Positions 1 to 12,416 of a stretch of 64,000 bases of DNA are shown piece by piece. The notes under the pieces are model-generated. The model ran no database searches. It was not told the DNA's origin and saw only the letters and a program-made list of their open reading frames with translations. This DNA comes from Azolla caroliniana (Eukaryota > Plantae > Polypodiophyta): positions 15,252,001-15,316,000 of the forward strand of contig JBHGNT010000014.1 of the NCBI GenBank assembly GCA_043228905.1, in the 5' to 3' direction. Position numbers and translations under genes: made by a program. Each line of letters begins with the position of its first letter. The stretch's first letter is position 1.

Positions 1-1634
1 GCGCTGAATTTGCTCATCAGCAACATAAAGACCACTTGAGGCATAAATAGAGTCATACTTTGTTCTGGTAGGACGATAACGATGGGCTACCTCATCAGCT
101 CTATATATATCATTTGATTCATATCGGGATTCGTACTTGTCTCTACTATAATCAGCTGTGCTATAACGTTTATCACTCCCTTCCATGAATCTTGACTCTG
201 AGTATGTTGCTGGGACATCAATATGATCTCTCATAGAGGCTCCTGAACCTGTATATATTGATGGAGAATCAAGACGATCTCGCATGGATACTCCTGAGTT
301 GACATATTTTGATGGAGCGTCATGATAGTCTCTTATAGACACTCCTGAACCTGTATATTTTGATCTGTTATCATGATGAATACTCATAGATATTGCTGAA
401 TTTTCATATTTTGATGAGGGATTGTGATGTTCTATCATAGCCACTCTTGAACCTTCATATTTTGGTGGAGCATCAAGAGGATCTCTGATAGATATCCTTG
501 AACGTGGTGGACTTCCTAGAGGTCCCCTTGGTAAAGGTCTAAATAGCCTCACAAGGCGGTTAACCTGGTTTAGAAGAAGCAAAAACGTATTGCTCAGAAA
601 TCCATTAGGTCAAAATTTTCTGATTTCCATCTTATATATGGATAGTACTAACAATATAAGATCTGAAGATATGCTTAATTTCACCATTCTCATTCACACC
701 TGCTCAGCATTTAATTCCATCTTGAATTTCCTCTTGTCTAGGTAGTTTTCTTTGATGGCAGCATTAAAGACATCTTCAGGTAAAGGTAGACAATCTTTTT
801 GTATAGCAAATCGCACCTGTACATTGTTCATCCATCATATTATATATCATTCCACCAACATGCAATGGCCCAGCAATCTCTAATGGAATTTCTACCTCGC
901 TCAATTTCGGCAAAAATAGACTTAATGCATTGCATACGGCCCAAATTATAGAGTATAATTATCTATGTTGTGTGTTTACAGAAATTTTGATCTATATTGG
1001 TCAATCCATAATATTATATAGCATAGCAGTACTTATCCTAAATGTTCTACAAATGACATTCATAACTCGCTGATTTCCAGCCAGCTATGGTTTAAAATTT
1101 GCACATAACCTATTTTGTATAACTTCATTTGTTCTACATCCTGTCGATAACCACAATAGCGTGCTACATTGTATTGATTACAACAATAGTGTTCTACAAT
1201 AGTCAGCTATCACAGTATATAGCATAGCAATAGTGATCATAAGGATGAACATGAGGAAAAACACGGCAAACATCTAGAAAAAATGGTACCTGCCATGGAA
1301 AAGCCCCTCCAAAAGCATCCCGCTGCCATTGATACGCACCTCGAGAAGCTGCAGTATATATACCATAGAGCAACCTTAGATCACTATCAAAGAGAAACAG
1401 TCTCATCCCTTTCTTGACTTGTTCTACACGGTTTTTCTTCCCTTCTGGAAGACCAAATATTCTATATTTGAAACAATCCATTTTAGTTGAGCTACTACAC
1501 ATGAAAATAAGGCCTGCATAGCTTGGTGTTGAACTTGAATCAATTGTCTTCGAATTCCCCCCCTTAGAATTGGGATCTTTTCTGCTCTGATCTTCCCTTC
1601 TTGGTCTGTTTCCTATGTTTCCTTTCCTTACCAT
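1..1634 (-). CDS. DCD (development and cell death) domain protein; spliced, 3' end beyond the window
   Basis: Exons 1634-1290, 816-700 and 564-<1 have GT..AG introns in phase 0. The joined protein has the DCD signature [37 protein letters not shown]...G...AFGGAFPWQ|[25 protein letters not shown]...[10 protein letters not shown]|VNRLVRLF. Exon 3 is open to position 1. Confidence 0.9.
187..492 (-). repeat. Six degenerate 51-bp (17-aa) coding repeats in DCD exon 3
   Basis: Translation gives [17 protein letters not shown] / [17 protein letters not shown] / [17 protein letters not shown] / [17 protein letters not shown] / [17 protein letters not shown] / [17 protein letters not shown]. Confidence 0.8.
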
Positions 1635-2386
1635 GGTGATAGAGTACTTACAAAATTGCTATCTGAAGATCAGGAACGAAAAAATGTGAGTTTCTTGATA
1701 CTAAACTGAAATCCATACAAATGTTGCAGAAAGATGAAATAATACAGATCCGAAACATGTGAGAAAAACAAAAGCTTGAAAACATCAAACTTTTGAGAAC
1801 GAGGCTACTCGATTAGAAAATTCAGCAGAATTTCAAAACAGTGTAACTTGTTATTCAAGTTGCAAAAAACTAGCTAATCAGACGAGAAAACTCAACAGGA
1901 TTTCCAAATGCTGAATTGTCATTTTAGGATTGCAAAGAAATTCAAAAGAGGAAGGAAAACACGAGAAAAAATCAGCGAAGATTGGGAAAGAACAGAAAAT
2001 TAACAAAAGTTCAAAAAATCCTGCTATGACTTCTCGAACTGAGAAGAAGCTGGTGCCACAAATCAGGAAAAAAAAAAACAAATGTAAAGAAAAGAAAACT
2101 TCGAAAATATTTCTAAACCCCAGACTTGGCGTCACAAAATTGAGGGCGAACTATAAAAATGCAATCGAAACAGAGAAAAGCAGAGAGATAGGCGTGAGAG
2201 AAAAGACAAATCCTTGCATCAGAGAGGGAGAGAGAGAAGAACACAGACAGAGAGAGTCAAGAGGTGCAATATTCATAACAGATCAAAATCCCCTTCGCAG
2301 GTAAGAAACAAGAACTTCAACAAGATTTTCGCAAACCCTAACTTGACTTCTCAAATTGAGATCATCACAGACAAAAGCATACATAC

Positions 2387-2417
<31 letters not shown>

Positions 2418-2633
2418 CAGAAAGACAGAGACAGAGACAGATACCTTGAGAGGAAGAGAGGAAGGAAGAGTTTTAAACTGGCATGGTAGATACAAACAAA
2501 AATATGAAACCCTAGCAGAGGCAGACGAAGATGGAGGAGGAGGAGATGAAAGAAGTTCGTTCCAAGATGAGATCTTTTTTTATTCTCCTCTGTTTCTCTC
2601 TCTCTCTCTCTCTCTCTGTTTCTCTGTGTGTGT

Positions 2634-2824
2634 CTTCTGTGAATCACCTCGAGTTTTCACGAAATTACAAAACTACCCCTTCTTCTGTGAATCACCTCGA
2701 GCTTTCACGAAATTACAAAACTACCCCTTCTTCTGTGAATCACCTCAAGGTTTCACGAAATTACAAAACTACCCCTTCTTCTGTGAATCACCTCGAATTT
2801 TCACGAAATTACAAAACTACCCCT
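2634..2824. repeat. 48-bp tandem repeat x4 upstream of the DCD gene
   Basis: The unit CTTCTGTGAATCACCTCGAGTTTTCACGAAATTACAAAACTACCCCTT occurs four times with 1-2 mismatches. Confidence 0.95.
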
Positions 2825-2876
2825 CCTCTCTCTCTCGCTCAAATTAATTTCTTGTTGTTGGGTGCCCCCCCCCCAG

Positions 2877-3122
2877 AGAGTGGTAAGGTATAAGCTCATG
2901 GATTTTGACATAACTCGAGAACCCGAAAACTCGGTTTTAACGGTTTAAAGGTTTGAAAATCTCTAAAAAAAAACTCTTTGGTTTGAGCTTGATTTTATTT
3001 TATTTTTTGTAACAGTTCAGTTTACGCGATTTTGGTTAAAGCAGTTTTGTAGTTCGGTTCGGTTCGGTTTGGTTCAGTTTAAGTTTGAATTTTTTTTGAA
3101 CGGTTTAAGAGTTTGACACTCT
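2877..3122. mobile_element. Possible hAT-like MITE
   Basis: Imperfect inverted ends (AGAGTGGTAA ... TTGACACTCT) and internal CGGTT/GGTTC motifs typical of plant hAT subtermini. No TSD confirmed. Confidence 0.3.
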
Positions 3123-4787
3123 CAATCGGAACGGAACCAAATCAAATTGTTGTCGATTGTTAAGAAGGATGCAGGTGATATAGAAGAAGTCGATGGTAGG
3201 ACACATAGGAATTGCATCCCGGAGACCCATCCCGACTTTAGAATGATTCAAGATGGGTGTTCTTCCTAATATATATAGCTAACTACCTTGATCCCTAGGT
3301 CAAACCAACATGGGATGAAGAACCATAGGATGAGGATAAAGGAAATGGGGAGTGTAAGAATGTAAATTAACTTCAAGCAAATTAAAAGGGAAAATAACAT
3401 AAGAAAGGGTGTTAGACCACCCCTTCCTACAGGAAGGCAAGAGACAGATCCAAGTCTCTTGTCAATGTTCCATACCACCAAATCCCAAAATTGGATCGTA
3501 CCTTCAGTTTGAAGAAAACGAAAGAACGCGCATATGAAGCTATAGCTTTGCCACCCTATCCATGTCTCTATAAAATAATAATAAAGATGGTCCCCTTCAT
3601 GAAGGTACTAAGGGAGAATATAAAGAGAGAAGTCTAGATGCCAATAAAGAGTTCACTGAAACAAAGGATCTCGAGGAAATATGGGTTGGGCCCCTCAACG
3701 AGTGTCACAAATACTCAAAGTTTAAGCCTCGATTTTCTTTTCAAGTAGGTAATTCATGAGAAGAAATCAAGGGCCCCAACATAAGGATACAATATGAGAA
3801 GGGACCAAACTCAATCAAATGTTATGATGGGCTTTGTCATGGACTTAGGCAAGAGTCGACATGTGACTCGTAAAGAAGTAAAGCTCAATGTGAAATTAAG
3901 GCACGTGGAGGGCAGGAAAAAATATGAACTGAAAACAAATGAAATACTCAAGCATTTTTTAAAATGACCCCATCGATTGAAAAGGTGTGGGAGGCATCTA
4001 CATAATATTTGATAATTTACACTTAGGAAAGGTGGTGAACAAAACCACGTGAAACACTCTAGCCATGAAAGATAGGTGAAAAGTATTTGGTGGATTTGGT
4101 TGTCTACATGGGTAGTGGTAAAGAAGGGTTTTGGTGAACTTGGAAGGTTAAAGAGAAATTATATTTGGATATGAATGAAGGGGAAGTGGACGTTGTAGAG
4201 AAGAAGGCATGTGTCACAATAATAACGTCACTCATGCCATCTTTGACACATGCTAGTACATGTGCTAGTTTGGTGGAGGTGGATGTGATGTAGCATACTA
4301 ACATATGCAAAGAGCGAAAAGTGTTAAAATGTCAAGTTTTAAATAGGTCAAGATTTTGGTCGAAGTTAAACCCAAAAGAAAATATGACAAGATGAAAATT
4401 AAGGTAGCATCACTACATTTCTCAAATGATGACAATTATCTATTGGAAAATATGGTAAAGGGTTTGAAACTCGCTAGATGCAAAGAGTCAAAATAGATTT
4501 TCCATATTGCATAGGCAATAACAATCAATTGAGCATTAAATATGATCATGTTGATGAGCATTTTTGTTTGCATCAGATGCCCATGCGGGGATAGAGGCCC
4601 ATGTGCCTATGCTCAAATGCAGAACCACTATTTTTATCCGGCAACAAAAACTATATAACGAGCGGTTTGCTAGTTTTTTGGATTGAGTGGCCACACTAAT
4701 GCATGATCAACAAATGGCATGCTTGCATGAATGCCAAGTAGCGATCATACGTAAACATGGGGTGACAAGCATGTTGTATCCAACCAT

Positions 4788-4950
4788 ACTATATAACAAG
4801 TGCACTAGTCATTTATAGACCATTCTAGTTCAACACCAATCTTTAGTGTATTTTTGTAATCTTTTTCTTCTTTTCAATATACTTACACTCTTAATACCCT
4901 CCTCTTTCTTTATTCTCTTCTTCAGTTTGATCTTGTACTCAGATAATGTC
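4788..4950 (+). mobile_element. Degenerate LTR remnant related to the Tcn1-like LTR at 62706
   Basis: TATATAACAAGTGCACTAGTCATT...CTAGTTCAACACCAATCTT aligns with TATAAAAGAAGGCACTAGGCATT...TGGTTCAACGCCAGTCTT (62888-62942). Boundaries unclear. Confidence 0.45.
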
Positions 4951-5649
4951 CCTAGGATAATGTTTTTCCTTAATGGAATTCTAGATTCATACGATCATTG
5001 GATAGTGTTGGATAAAGATCAATGAGTTTTCAAATATATTATTGAGATTGTACTTTAATACATGTGCACCTCAATGATCATTCAATAGGAAACCCTGAAT
5101 ATCAATAATGAATCTAGTCAAAAGACTTAGCACATTCTCTTTTCATTTCTGTGCTATAAGGAAAGAGGCATACAAAGGATAATTGAAGTCAACTTTAGCA
5201 AAAAACAATAACCTCTATATTTCAAGAGAAAAAGAGGCATACAAAAAAGACAATTGTGAAGAAAAGATGCATATAGAGGATAGTTGTTAGCTTGAGGAGA
5301 AAACAAGAGTCGTCGTATTTCAAGAGCAAAAAGACAAAAGTTCTAACATGAAAGGTCGGGTCGTTCCCTTGATATAATTAAGTTTCAAAACTCAACATTG
5401 AAGTAACTCTATGTTTATTTTCCCAAACAATTGGTTAAATAGAATGATCTTCAATGCATTACTTTGTTCAATGTTGTCGCCATGTTATTGGGGTTTCACT
5501 TTTGAGTGTTGAAGCTTTATGGATTGGGTTTCTAGTACGATTTGAGCATAGGAAATGGATTTGTATTTGATGACCTCCATGCAATACCACAACAAGTGCG
5601 TAGGATAAAATTAAAACCTTTTTTGGTAGTTTCTACGACTAATTAGCTC

Positions 5650-5957
5650 TATGTGCACTTCTGATGGGACAAGTTGCTTGTTATGTCACTTGGTCTTACA
5701 AGTGTGCGGTACTAAAAAGCTCATGAGAACAACGTGCATAGTTGATTAGTCTCCTCTATTCAGCTGCTACCCTTCGTCTCAACATTGAAGACAATGTGAG
5801 CTAAGTCATATCGAAGCAACGGTGGAGATGGCAGACAAAGCGATGGGCTCCAACATGTATCGATGCGTGTGTTTTTCCCCTGCCCATTTGGAGTAGAATA
5901 TGGGTTTCATAGTTTGTCACAACGTATGCAATATAACGTGTGAAACACGAGTTGCTG
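5650..5957 (-). mobile_element. LINE RT C-terminal fragment, decayed and interrupted by a solo LTR
   Basis: The minus strand reads THRYMLEPIALSAISTVASI*LSSH, homologous to the LINE fragment at 26.9-27.3 kb (THRYMLEPIPLSAIRTIASM*LNSH). Confidence 0.65.
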
Positions 5958-5962
5958 GATCT

Positions 5963-6203
5963 TGACGAAAATGGGTCTCAACCACAACCGAGATTCACGC
6001 ACAAGTTGAAAATCAGAATATCGTGCACACACGCAGAGACAAAACGACACGATATGTTAATGTGGAACACCCACAACTGGGAAAAACCACGAGAGTTCGC
6101 CACACTCCGAACAATTCACTATATGAAGAGGAAATACAATGAGACTCGTAGGCAACAACCTCGAGTTCGTTTTCTTTGTCTGCAGGAGGTTACAACTGAG
6201 ATG

Positions 6204-6270
<67 letters not shown>

Positions 6271-6567
6271 TCGTTACGACAACTGCAATAGTAATGCGAC
6301 ACACATATATTGTTTTGTCCTTGTTATATTTATACTAATATAAATTTAGGGATATTTACAAATATAGCTTCTAGCAGGTGCATTAGAGCATATTTACAGA
6401 TATGTCCCTTTTCGGATTCATCTTTGGATCCAGCTAGATGCCATCCAAATCTGGTCCGGCTTCGGATCCGTCGAATCTGTCCCTCATTGATCTTCATCCG
6501 GTTCTCTCCTTTGGATCAATCTGATTTGACTTGTGCTCTCCTCCCAGAGGGACCTTGTTTCCCAACA
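5963..6567 (-). mobile_element. Copia solo LTR (family of the 44263 element)
   Basis: Termini are TG..CA and match the 44263 LTR in reverse complement (CCACAACCGAGATTC; GAGGGACCTTGTTTCCCAACA). Perfect 5-bp TSD GATCT at 5958-5962 and 6568-6572. Confidence 0.85.
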
Positions 6568-6739
6568 GATCTCAACCTCCCTCCTCCCCTTCCTCCTCGG
6601 AGCCACAATACATCAACATTCACATAAGAGGATTTCATTGACACATCATGATGTAACGAATGTTGCAAAGGCGAACCCCAATCTTACGGAAACGTTTTCC
6701 CCACCCTTCAATGAGCAAAACCACCATATATTATGCATG

Positions 6740-6770
<31 letters not shown>

Positions 6771-7242
6771 TGACAAAAGGAGCTCTCTGCTTTTGGACAT
6801 GTCATTGGGATCTTCGTACTCGGGTTAATGCCATATATGTATGTTCAAGGAACCCTTAACTAGAAAGAAGGTATGAAGGAGTGTGCGGCGTGGCCGGCTT
6901 TCCTGCCCGAGATGTGAATTGCGGTGTCAAGTCCGGTTCGGGTCGATGGTTGGTGTTTTGTCCGCCTACCAACCAATCACCTCCCTCATCCCCCACCAAA
7001 CCAAACCATGCCGAGCGGAACCGAACCGAACCGAACCGAACCGACCGTCCCCGATTATGTCCTCCTCCTCCGGCACTAATATATACATATTTCTTGAGAC
7101 ACACAGAGAGAGCCAACAAAAACAGGAGAAACTTCCTACCTCTCTCTCTGTGTTCCTCTCCTCCCTCGACGAATCTCCTTCCCTTCTCTCTCGGGGAGCC
7201 TGATACGCGCCACAACCACAGCCCCTACCTCTCCGTGCCACC

Positions 7243-8853
7243 ATGTCTCCCTCCGGCAGCAGATGGATCCGACCCGAGGTATGTGCTCTTTTCTCCTACG
7301 GTTTCTGCTTCCTTCTTGCTTGTTTAGCTAGGGTTTCCGTTTCCGAGTTCTGCCTCCTCATTTCTCCCTATCTTGTGCCTGTTCCCGTTCCCGTTTCTGC
7401 TCCGGTTTTTCTCTTCCTTCTCTTTCCGATCTTCTCTTTGCTTCTCATGTGGAGGAGTAACATCCTTCTTTTCTTGTTTAAGCTCCGTTCTCCTGTCGAT
7501 CTTGGGAGTTTTGTTTTACCAGGGCAAACACAACAGAAGAAGCATAGTAAATTTGTTTTGTAATGAAATACAATAGCAAAAAAAATAGGAAAGTTTACCT
7601 GTCTGGCTGATTTGTATAAAGATACAGCTATTTTGCTGATTGTGCTATATGTTACCATGTTTAGTAAAGATCACGGTTCGTTTGTCTCAATGTTTCGTGA
7701 TGTCCTCTTATCTGCATGGATGGACATATCTCTTATAAAGTATGTCCTTTGAAACTCTCTACGTCGTATTTATCTCACGAACCGAATGATAGAAAAAGCT
7801 AGCAGTTAGCTAGTTAACCAATAAGGAGTTTCTTACTAGAGATCAAAACAATGATAATTAGTTGCCTGGGCCAGGCACATCTAGTATTCTGTGTAAACAT
7901 ACCTACTATTCACCTCTTATTGTTTTGTAGGCATATCCTCTCTTTGTAGCCATAGGTGCAGCGATTGGCTTGTGTGGATTTGCAATGGCTCGGAATCTCA
8001 TGGCTAATCCTGATGTCAGGTATGCGTCTGTAGTGATTCAGAAAAAACATACAGAGATGATTTTTTCAATCTAAAGGTTCAAGTAATACTTGTATAGTGT
8101 CTCTTTATGACTCCACAAATTGTATAAATCCCATCTTCGTGATGATCAAGCTCTAACTTCTCTTTAATATGCCAAGAGATGATTGTATCTGTATGAACGT
8201 ATAACATTGTATGCATTTAGGCGTCTTTGAGGATTCTAGAATCCCTATACATAGTGTTTCAAATACATTAAGAGGTGATCACATCTGCCAAAGTTTAATA
8301 AGATATGCATTTATGTTTCTGAAGTGCTGTATAAAGTGTTTATTCTTTAATCCTTATCCTTAACAAGGATTAGACTTTCAAACTGCAACGAGAAGTAAAC
8401 TCTTACCTTGTAACGTTGAATTCTTATCATTATGTTTACACAGGATTAAATTCTCATTGCAGTGTTTAAACCTTATTGTTATGTTTAGCTAGGACTGCAG
8501 TAGTCTTATCATTATGTTTACATAGGATTAAATTCTCATTGCAGTGTTTAAACCTTATTGTTATGTTTATCTAGGACTGCAATAGTCTTATCATTATGTG
8601 TATCTAGGATTAATCTCTACAAAGTGTTCAAATGGTATACATATTTATATACAAGAATTAAGCTTTTACAAACTTCTAAAAAGTCTGATCTGTTGTTTCA
8701 CCTAGGATTAATAAGACAGACCGCGGTGCTGGTTACTTGGAGAACTTTAAGGAAGGAGAGCTTTATCATCAACACTCCTTGAGAAAGTATGTAACAGGAC
8801 GTCCTCCTCAGATCTTTGCTGGACTTAACAAGGACTTCAGCTCTGCCAAGTGA
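7243..8853 (+). CDS. B12D: B12D / NDUFA4(MLRQ)-like mitochondrial membrane protein, 90 aa, 3 exons
   Basis: Exons 7243-7278, 7931-8019 and 8706-8853 (GT..AG) give MSPSGSRWIRPE-AYPLFVAIGAAIGLCGFAMARNLMANPDVR-INKTDRGAGYLENFKEGELYHQHSLRKYVTGRPPQIFAGLNKDFSSAK*. The RWIRPExYPL...RN...NPDVR...EGE.Y motifs define plant B12D. Confidence 0.93.
8422..8613. repeat. 82-bp tandem repeat (~2.3 copies) in B12D intron 2
   Basis: TCTTATCATTATGT starts at 8422, 8504 and 8586. Confidence 0.85.
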
Positions 8854-10025
8854 TAACATGATCCATTCAGAAAATATTTATGATTCAAAATTGGCAACTA
8901 TTATCTCCTGGTCATTTAACGATTTTCCTAAACTTCAAATAATCGGAGTAGGGATTTATTCCAATTGAATAAAAAAAGGTTGTTCACCTTTGAAAGACTG
9001 TATGATTAGTGTTCTGAATTTCGATGGCTATTCAACATATTTGAAAACACTATATGATTACTGATCTTAATTGAAAAACACTATATGATTAGTGAACTTA
9101 ATTTCAACGGCTATTACACATCCTTGAAAAACTTTATGATCATGATCAGTTGCTCTAGCTCTGTGAGCCTTTCATGTCTTTGGTGTTGTGGTTAGATAAA
9201 TGCATAGTTTTTGTTTCTTAATGTTAAAAACAGCTATGTTCTGTTTGTAATTTGCAACAAAGTATTGATGAGTTTTTGATTATTCATAAATAAGATGGAA
9301 TAGCAAGTTTGTAATTTTATACTATTTATTTTTTTGCATGGAAGAAGAGATGGGTGTAGGATGTAGGATCAGAGATCCGTATGTATGACATTAAGATTCT
9401 GAGACATATTGCGTATGTTCAAACAGTGTTACATGGGATGAAACTTGCATATGTGTGTGTGATCCCAATAATACACGGAAGGTATAGTTTTTTTAGGTAA
9501 GCATATTCACAATATTTTTAGGCGAGTTTATTCAGAATATTCTCCTTTAGAGGTAAGAAATTGTTGATAAAATATCAATTCTTGAGAAGTGTTGCGTGCC
9601 TCCATCTATTGGTGAAAACTTGGAACTGCCCAAGTTCTTCTGTCCTCGAGTGGCTTTTTGACCAAATGCAATAATTTTCAATATCAACCATTACCACATG
9701 CAAACCAGGAAGCCAAGAACCACTGTGATGGAAGAGATTTGTGCACCTTTCATCAAGTATTCAGGCCATTGATTCTAGCTTAATGTGCTATCAAAACAAG
9801 AGCTTTGTTTTTGGATGCTTTTGCCTACTGGTAAATGGAAATCTTTTTGTTGGATTAAGTGTATCCACACATTTAGGGCTGTGGCACAATCAGTTGGTAC
9901 CATTGCTACTTCAATCTGAGAATAAATTCTTGCAGTTTTTAACACAGATTTATCTGCTAATTGAATTCAACTTGACATAGTCTCTAGTAAATTTGCTCCC
10001 AACTCTTTCAAATTGTTCCCAAGTA

Positions 10026-10227
10026 GGGACTTTTAATCAATTGGAGTAACAATATTACGTAAAAATCCATAACTGCTGTTTTTATAAGGGCTGTAAGTGC
10101 AGCAATGAAAATCCAAACCACATCAAAGAATCACTTATATCACTTGGTCACTTAAAATAATTTTCAGTATCCTCATGTAAGCCTAGTTTCCCTAGCCTAA
10201 CATCTCATCATTTTGACATGCACCTAA
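10026..10227 (-). pseudogene. Degenerate tandem copy of the PPR gene 3' end and 3' flank
   Basis: Matches 10231-10515 (TGCTGTTTTTATAAGGG, AAATCCAAACCACATCAAAGAATCA, AGTTTCCCTAGCCTAACATC) with an ~80-bp deletion between two AAGCC motifs. Confidence 0.75.
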
Positions 10228-10343
10228 GTAGAGAGTTTTCATCCATTGGAGTAACCAAACAATGTGTAGGATTCATAAATGCTGTTTTTATAAGGGTTGC
10301 ATGTGCAGCAATCAAAATCCAAACCACATCAAAGAATCATCAC

Positions 10344-12317
10344 TTATATCATTTGGCAACTTAAAGAATTTTCGGTATCCTCATGGAAGCCAGAACCAGT
10401 GTAGATATTGGCCATACAAGCATAAGCTGCAGTGTTATTAGTATCTAATTGGATTGCTTGAACAAAAGCCAGTTTCCCTAGCCTAACATCCCACCATTTC
10501 TGGCATGCACCTAACAAAGCACCCATTATTGGTGGATAATGATCCGATGATGGTAGTTTCTTGATAATTACAACTGCTTTCTCCAGCTGCCCCGATCGAC
10601 CATAAAGATCAACCATACAAGTGTGGTGTTCTAAGCTTTGCATAACACCATAGCTCATGCTCATATTAACATACACCATCTCACCTTCATCAACTAGACC
10701 TGAATGACTGCATGCATTAAGCACACAAACAAGAGAGAATGCATTAGGGGAGAATCCCTCTTCTTGCATCTCTTGGAAACAGTTTAGTGCTTGCTCACCT
10801 AGGCCTTGGTCAGCATACCCCGATATTAATGAAGACCAGGAGACTACATCTCGAACACAAAGCTCATCATGAACTTGTTGCGCTTTTGAGATCATGCCAC
10901 ATCTAGCGTACATATCCACCAATGCGGTGCCAAGGATTCCATCTTTCTCTAGCAATCCCTTTCTAATGATCTCATTGTGAATTATTCCACCCTTGTGAAT
11001 ATCTCCCATAGAGCCACATGCCTTCAAGATACATGTGAAAGTTATAGCATTAGGAGTGATGCCCGCCTTAACGATTTGCTGAAAACAATGGAGTGCTTCC
11101 TCATCCTGCCCTTGTTGAGTGTAACCTGAGATCAATGCATTCCATGACACTATATTCTGACTAGGAAGGTCAAGAAGAACTCTATGTGCTTTCTCTGAAG
11201 CACCACATTTGGCATACATATCCACCAATGAATTTCCGACCTCAATATCTTTCTCAAGTAATCCTTTACTCACAACCTCATCGTGAATAACCATTCCTTT
11301 CTCGAATGCACGAGTGCTTCCACATGCCTTCAAGATGCAAGTGAATGTGATGGCATTCGGAGAGAGACCCTCCCTTTTCATTTGTTCAAAGCTCTTCAGT
11401 GCTTCCTCACATTGCCCTTGTTGAGCATAACCACATATTAATGCATTCCATGATATGACATTCCGAACAAGAAGCTTTTCAAAGACTTCCCGAGCTCTTG
11501 CAAGAGCGCCACATTTCACGTACATGTCCACAATAGCTGTACCGAGAACGACATCTTTCTCGAGCATAAAACCATTTCGGATGATCTCATCATGGATTTG
11601 CTTTCCCTTCTCCAATTCTCCTAATGTCCCGCAAGCTTTCACGATGCTGATAAATGTGACATTATCTGGAGAAATATGCTCCTTCTGCATTTTCTCAAAG
11701 CATTTCAATGCACTCTCACCCTGCCCTTGTTGGGCATATCTTGATATCAATGTATTCCACGAGATCACATCTCGGATGATAAGGTCTTCAAGGACTTTCT
11801 CTGCTTTCTCAAGCTTACCACATCTAGCGTACATATCCACCAAAATGGTTCCGAGGACAACATCTTTCTGAAGAAGACCCATGTCAAGAACTTCTCGATG
11901 AATCTCTTCACCTTTCTTTATTGATCCAATCATGCTACATGCTTTCAAAATGCTACCAAATGTGAATGCATCAGGAGAAATACCTTCATCTTGCATCATT
12001 TCAAAGCATTTCAATGCATCTTTTCCGTAGCCATGTTGAGTATAAGCAGAAATCAATGCATTCCAAGCTTTCACATTCCGAACAGGAAGCTCTTCAAGCA
12101 CTTTCTTTGCTTGATCAAGAGCACCACATCTAGCATACATAGCTATTAAAGTGCTCCCAAGGATTGGGTTTCTTCTGAGAAGGCCCAACTTGAGAAGATT
12201 TCCATGGATTATAGTGCCTTTAGGAAGGTCTTTATGGATGGTACAGGCCTTGAGTGACGCCACAACAGCACTGTAGTCTGTGTTCGTGTTTGCCATGGCT
12301 AATGTTTTGCTTGCCAT
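10344..12317 (-). CDS. PLS-class pentatricopeptide repeat protein with E extension, no DYW; putative organellar RNA editing factor
   Basis: 657-aa intronless ORF with repeating P-L-S triplets (LVDMYARCG..A..V; SWNALISGYAQQG..AL.CF..M..EG.SP; TFTCILKACGS). It ends HHTCMVDLYGRSG...GALLGAC..W..V.LGK.AF...I.LD..N.AAY..MANIY (E domain). Confidence 0.95.
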   Translation of the reverse strand: MASKTLAMANTNTDYSAVVASLKACTIHKDLPKGTIIHGNLLKLGLLRRNPILGSTLIAMYARCGALDQAKKVLEELPVRNVKAWNALISAYTQHGYGKDALKCFEMMQDEGISPDAFTFGSILKACSMIGSIKKGEEIHREVLDMGLLQKDVVLGTILVDMYARCGKLEKAEKVLEDLIIRDVISWNTLISRYAQQGQGESALKCFEKMQKEHISPDNVTFISIVKACGTLGELEKGKQIHDEIIRNGFMLEKDVVLGTAIVDMYVKCGALARAREVFEKLLVRNVISWNALICGYAQQGQCEEALKSFEQMKREGLSPNAITFTCILKACGSTRAFEKGMVIHDEVVSKGLLEKDIEVGNSLVDMYAKCGASEKAHRVLLDLPSQNIVSWNALISGYTQQGQDEEALHCFQQIVKAGITPNAITFTCILKACGSMGDIHKGGIIHNEIIRKGLLEKDGILGTALVDMYARCGMISKAQQVHDELCVRDVVSWSSLISGYADQGLGEQALNCFQEMQEEGFSPNAFSLVCVLNACSHSGLVDEGEMVYVNMSMSYGVMQSLEHHTCMVDLYGRSGQLEKAVVIIKKLPSSDHYPPIMGALLGACQKWWDVRLGKLAFVQAIQLDTNNTAAYACMANIYTGSGFHEDTENSLSCQMI

Positions 12318-12416
12318 TCCAATCCTTGTCTTTGTTCATGTCTAATGTAGTCTTTATCCATCACAATTCTTCTTGGTGCAATGTCTAATCTCTAAACTCT
12401 TCCTGGCACAGAACTT

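Noticed and set aside
2356-2893. 163-aa and 120-aa ORFs with repeated peptides
   Set aside because: They arise from the 48-bp tandem repeat and SSRs, with no protein-family signal.
3160-4560. Possible decayed Gypsy gag/protease remnant
   Set aside because: Purine-rich and coding-like, but no motif could be read with confidence.
6856-7658. Overlapping ORFs around the B12D first exon
   Set aside because: Explained by the GC/CT-rich promoter, 5' UTR and intron 1.
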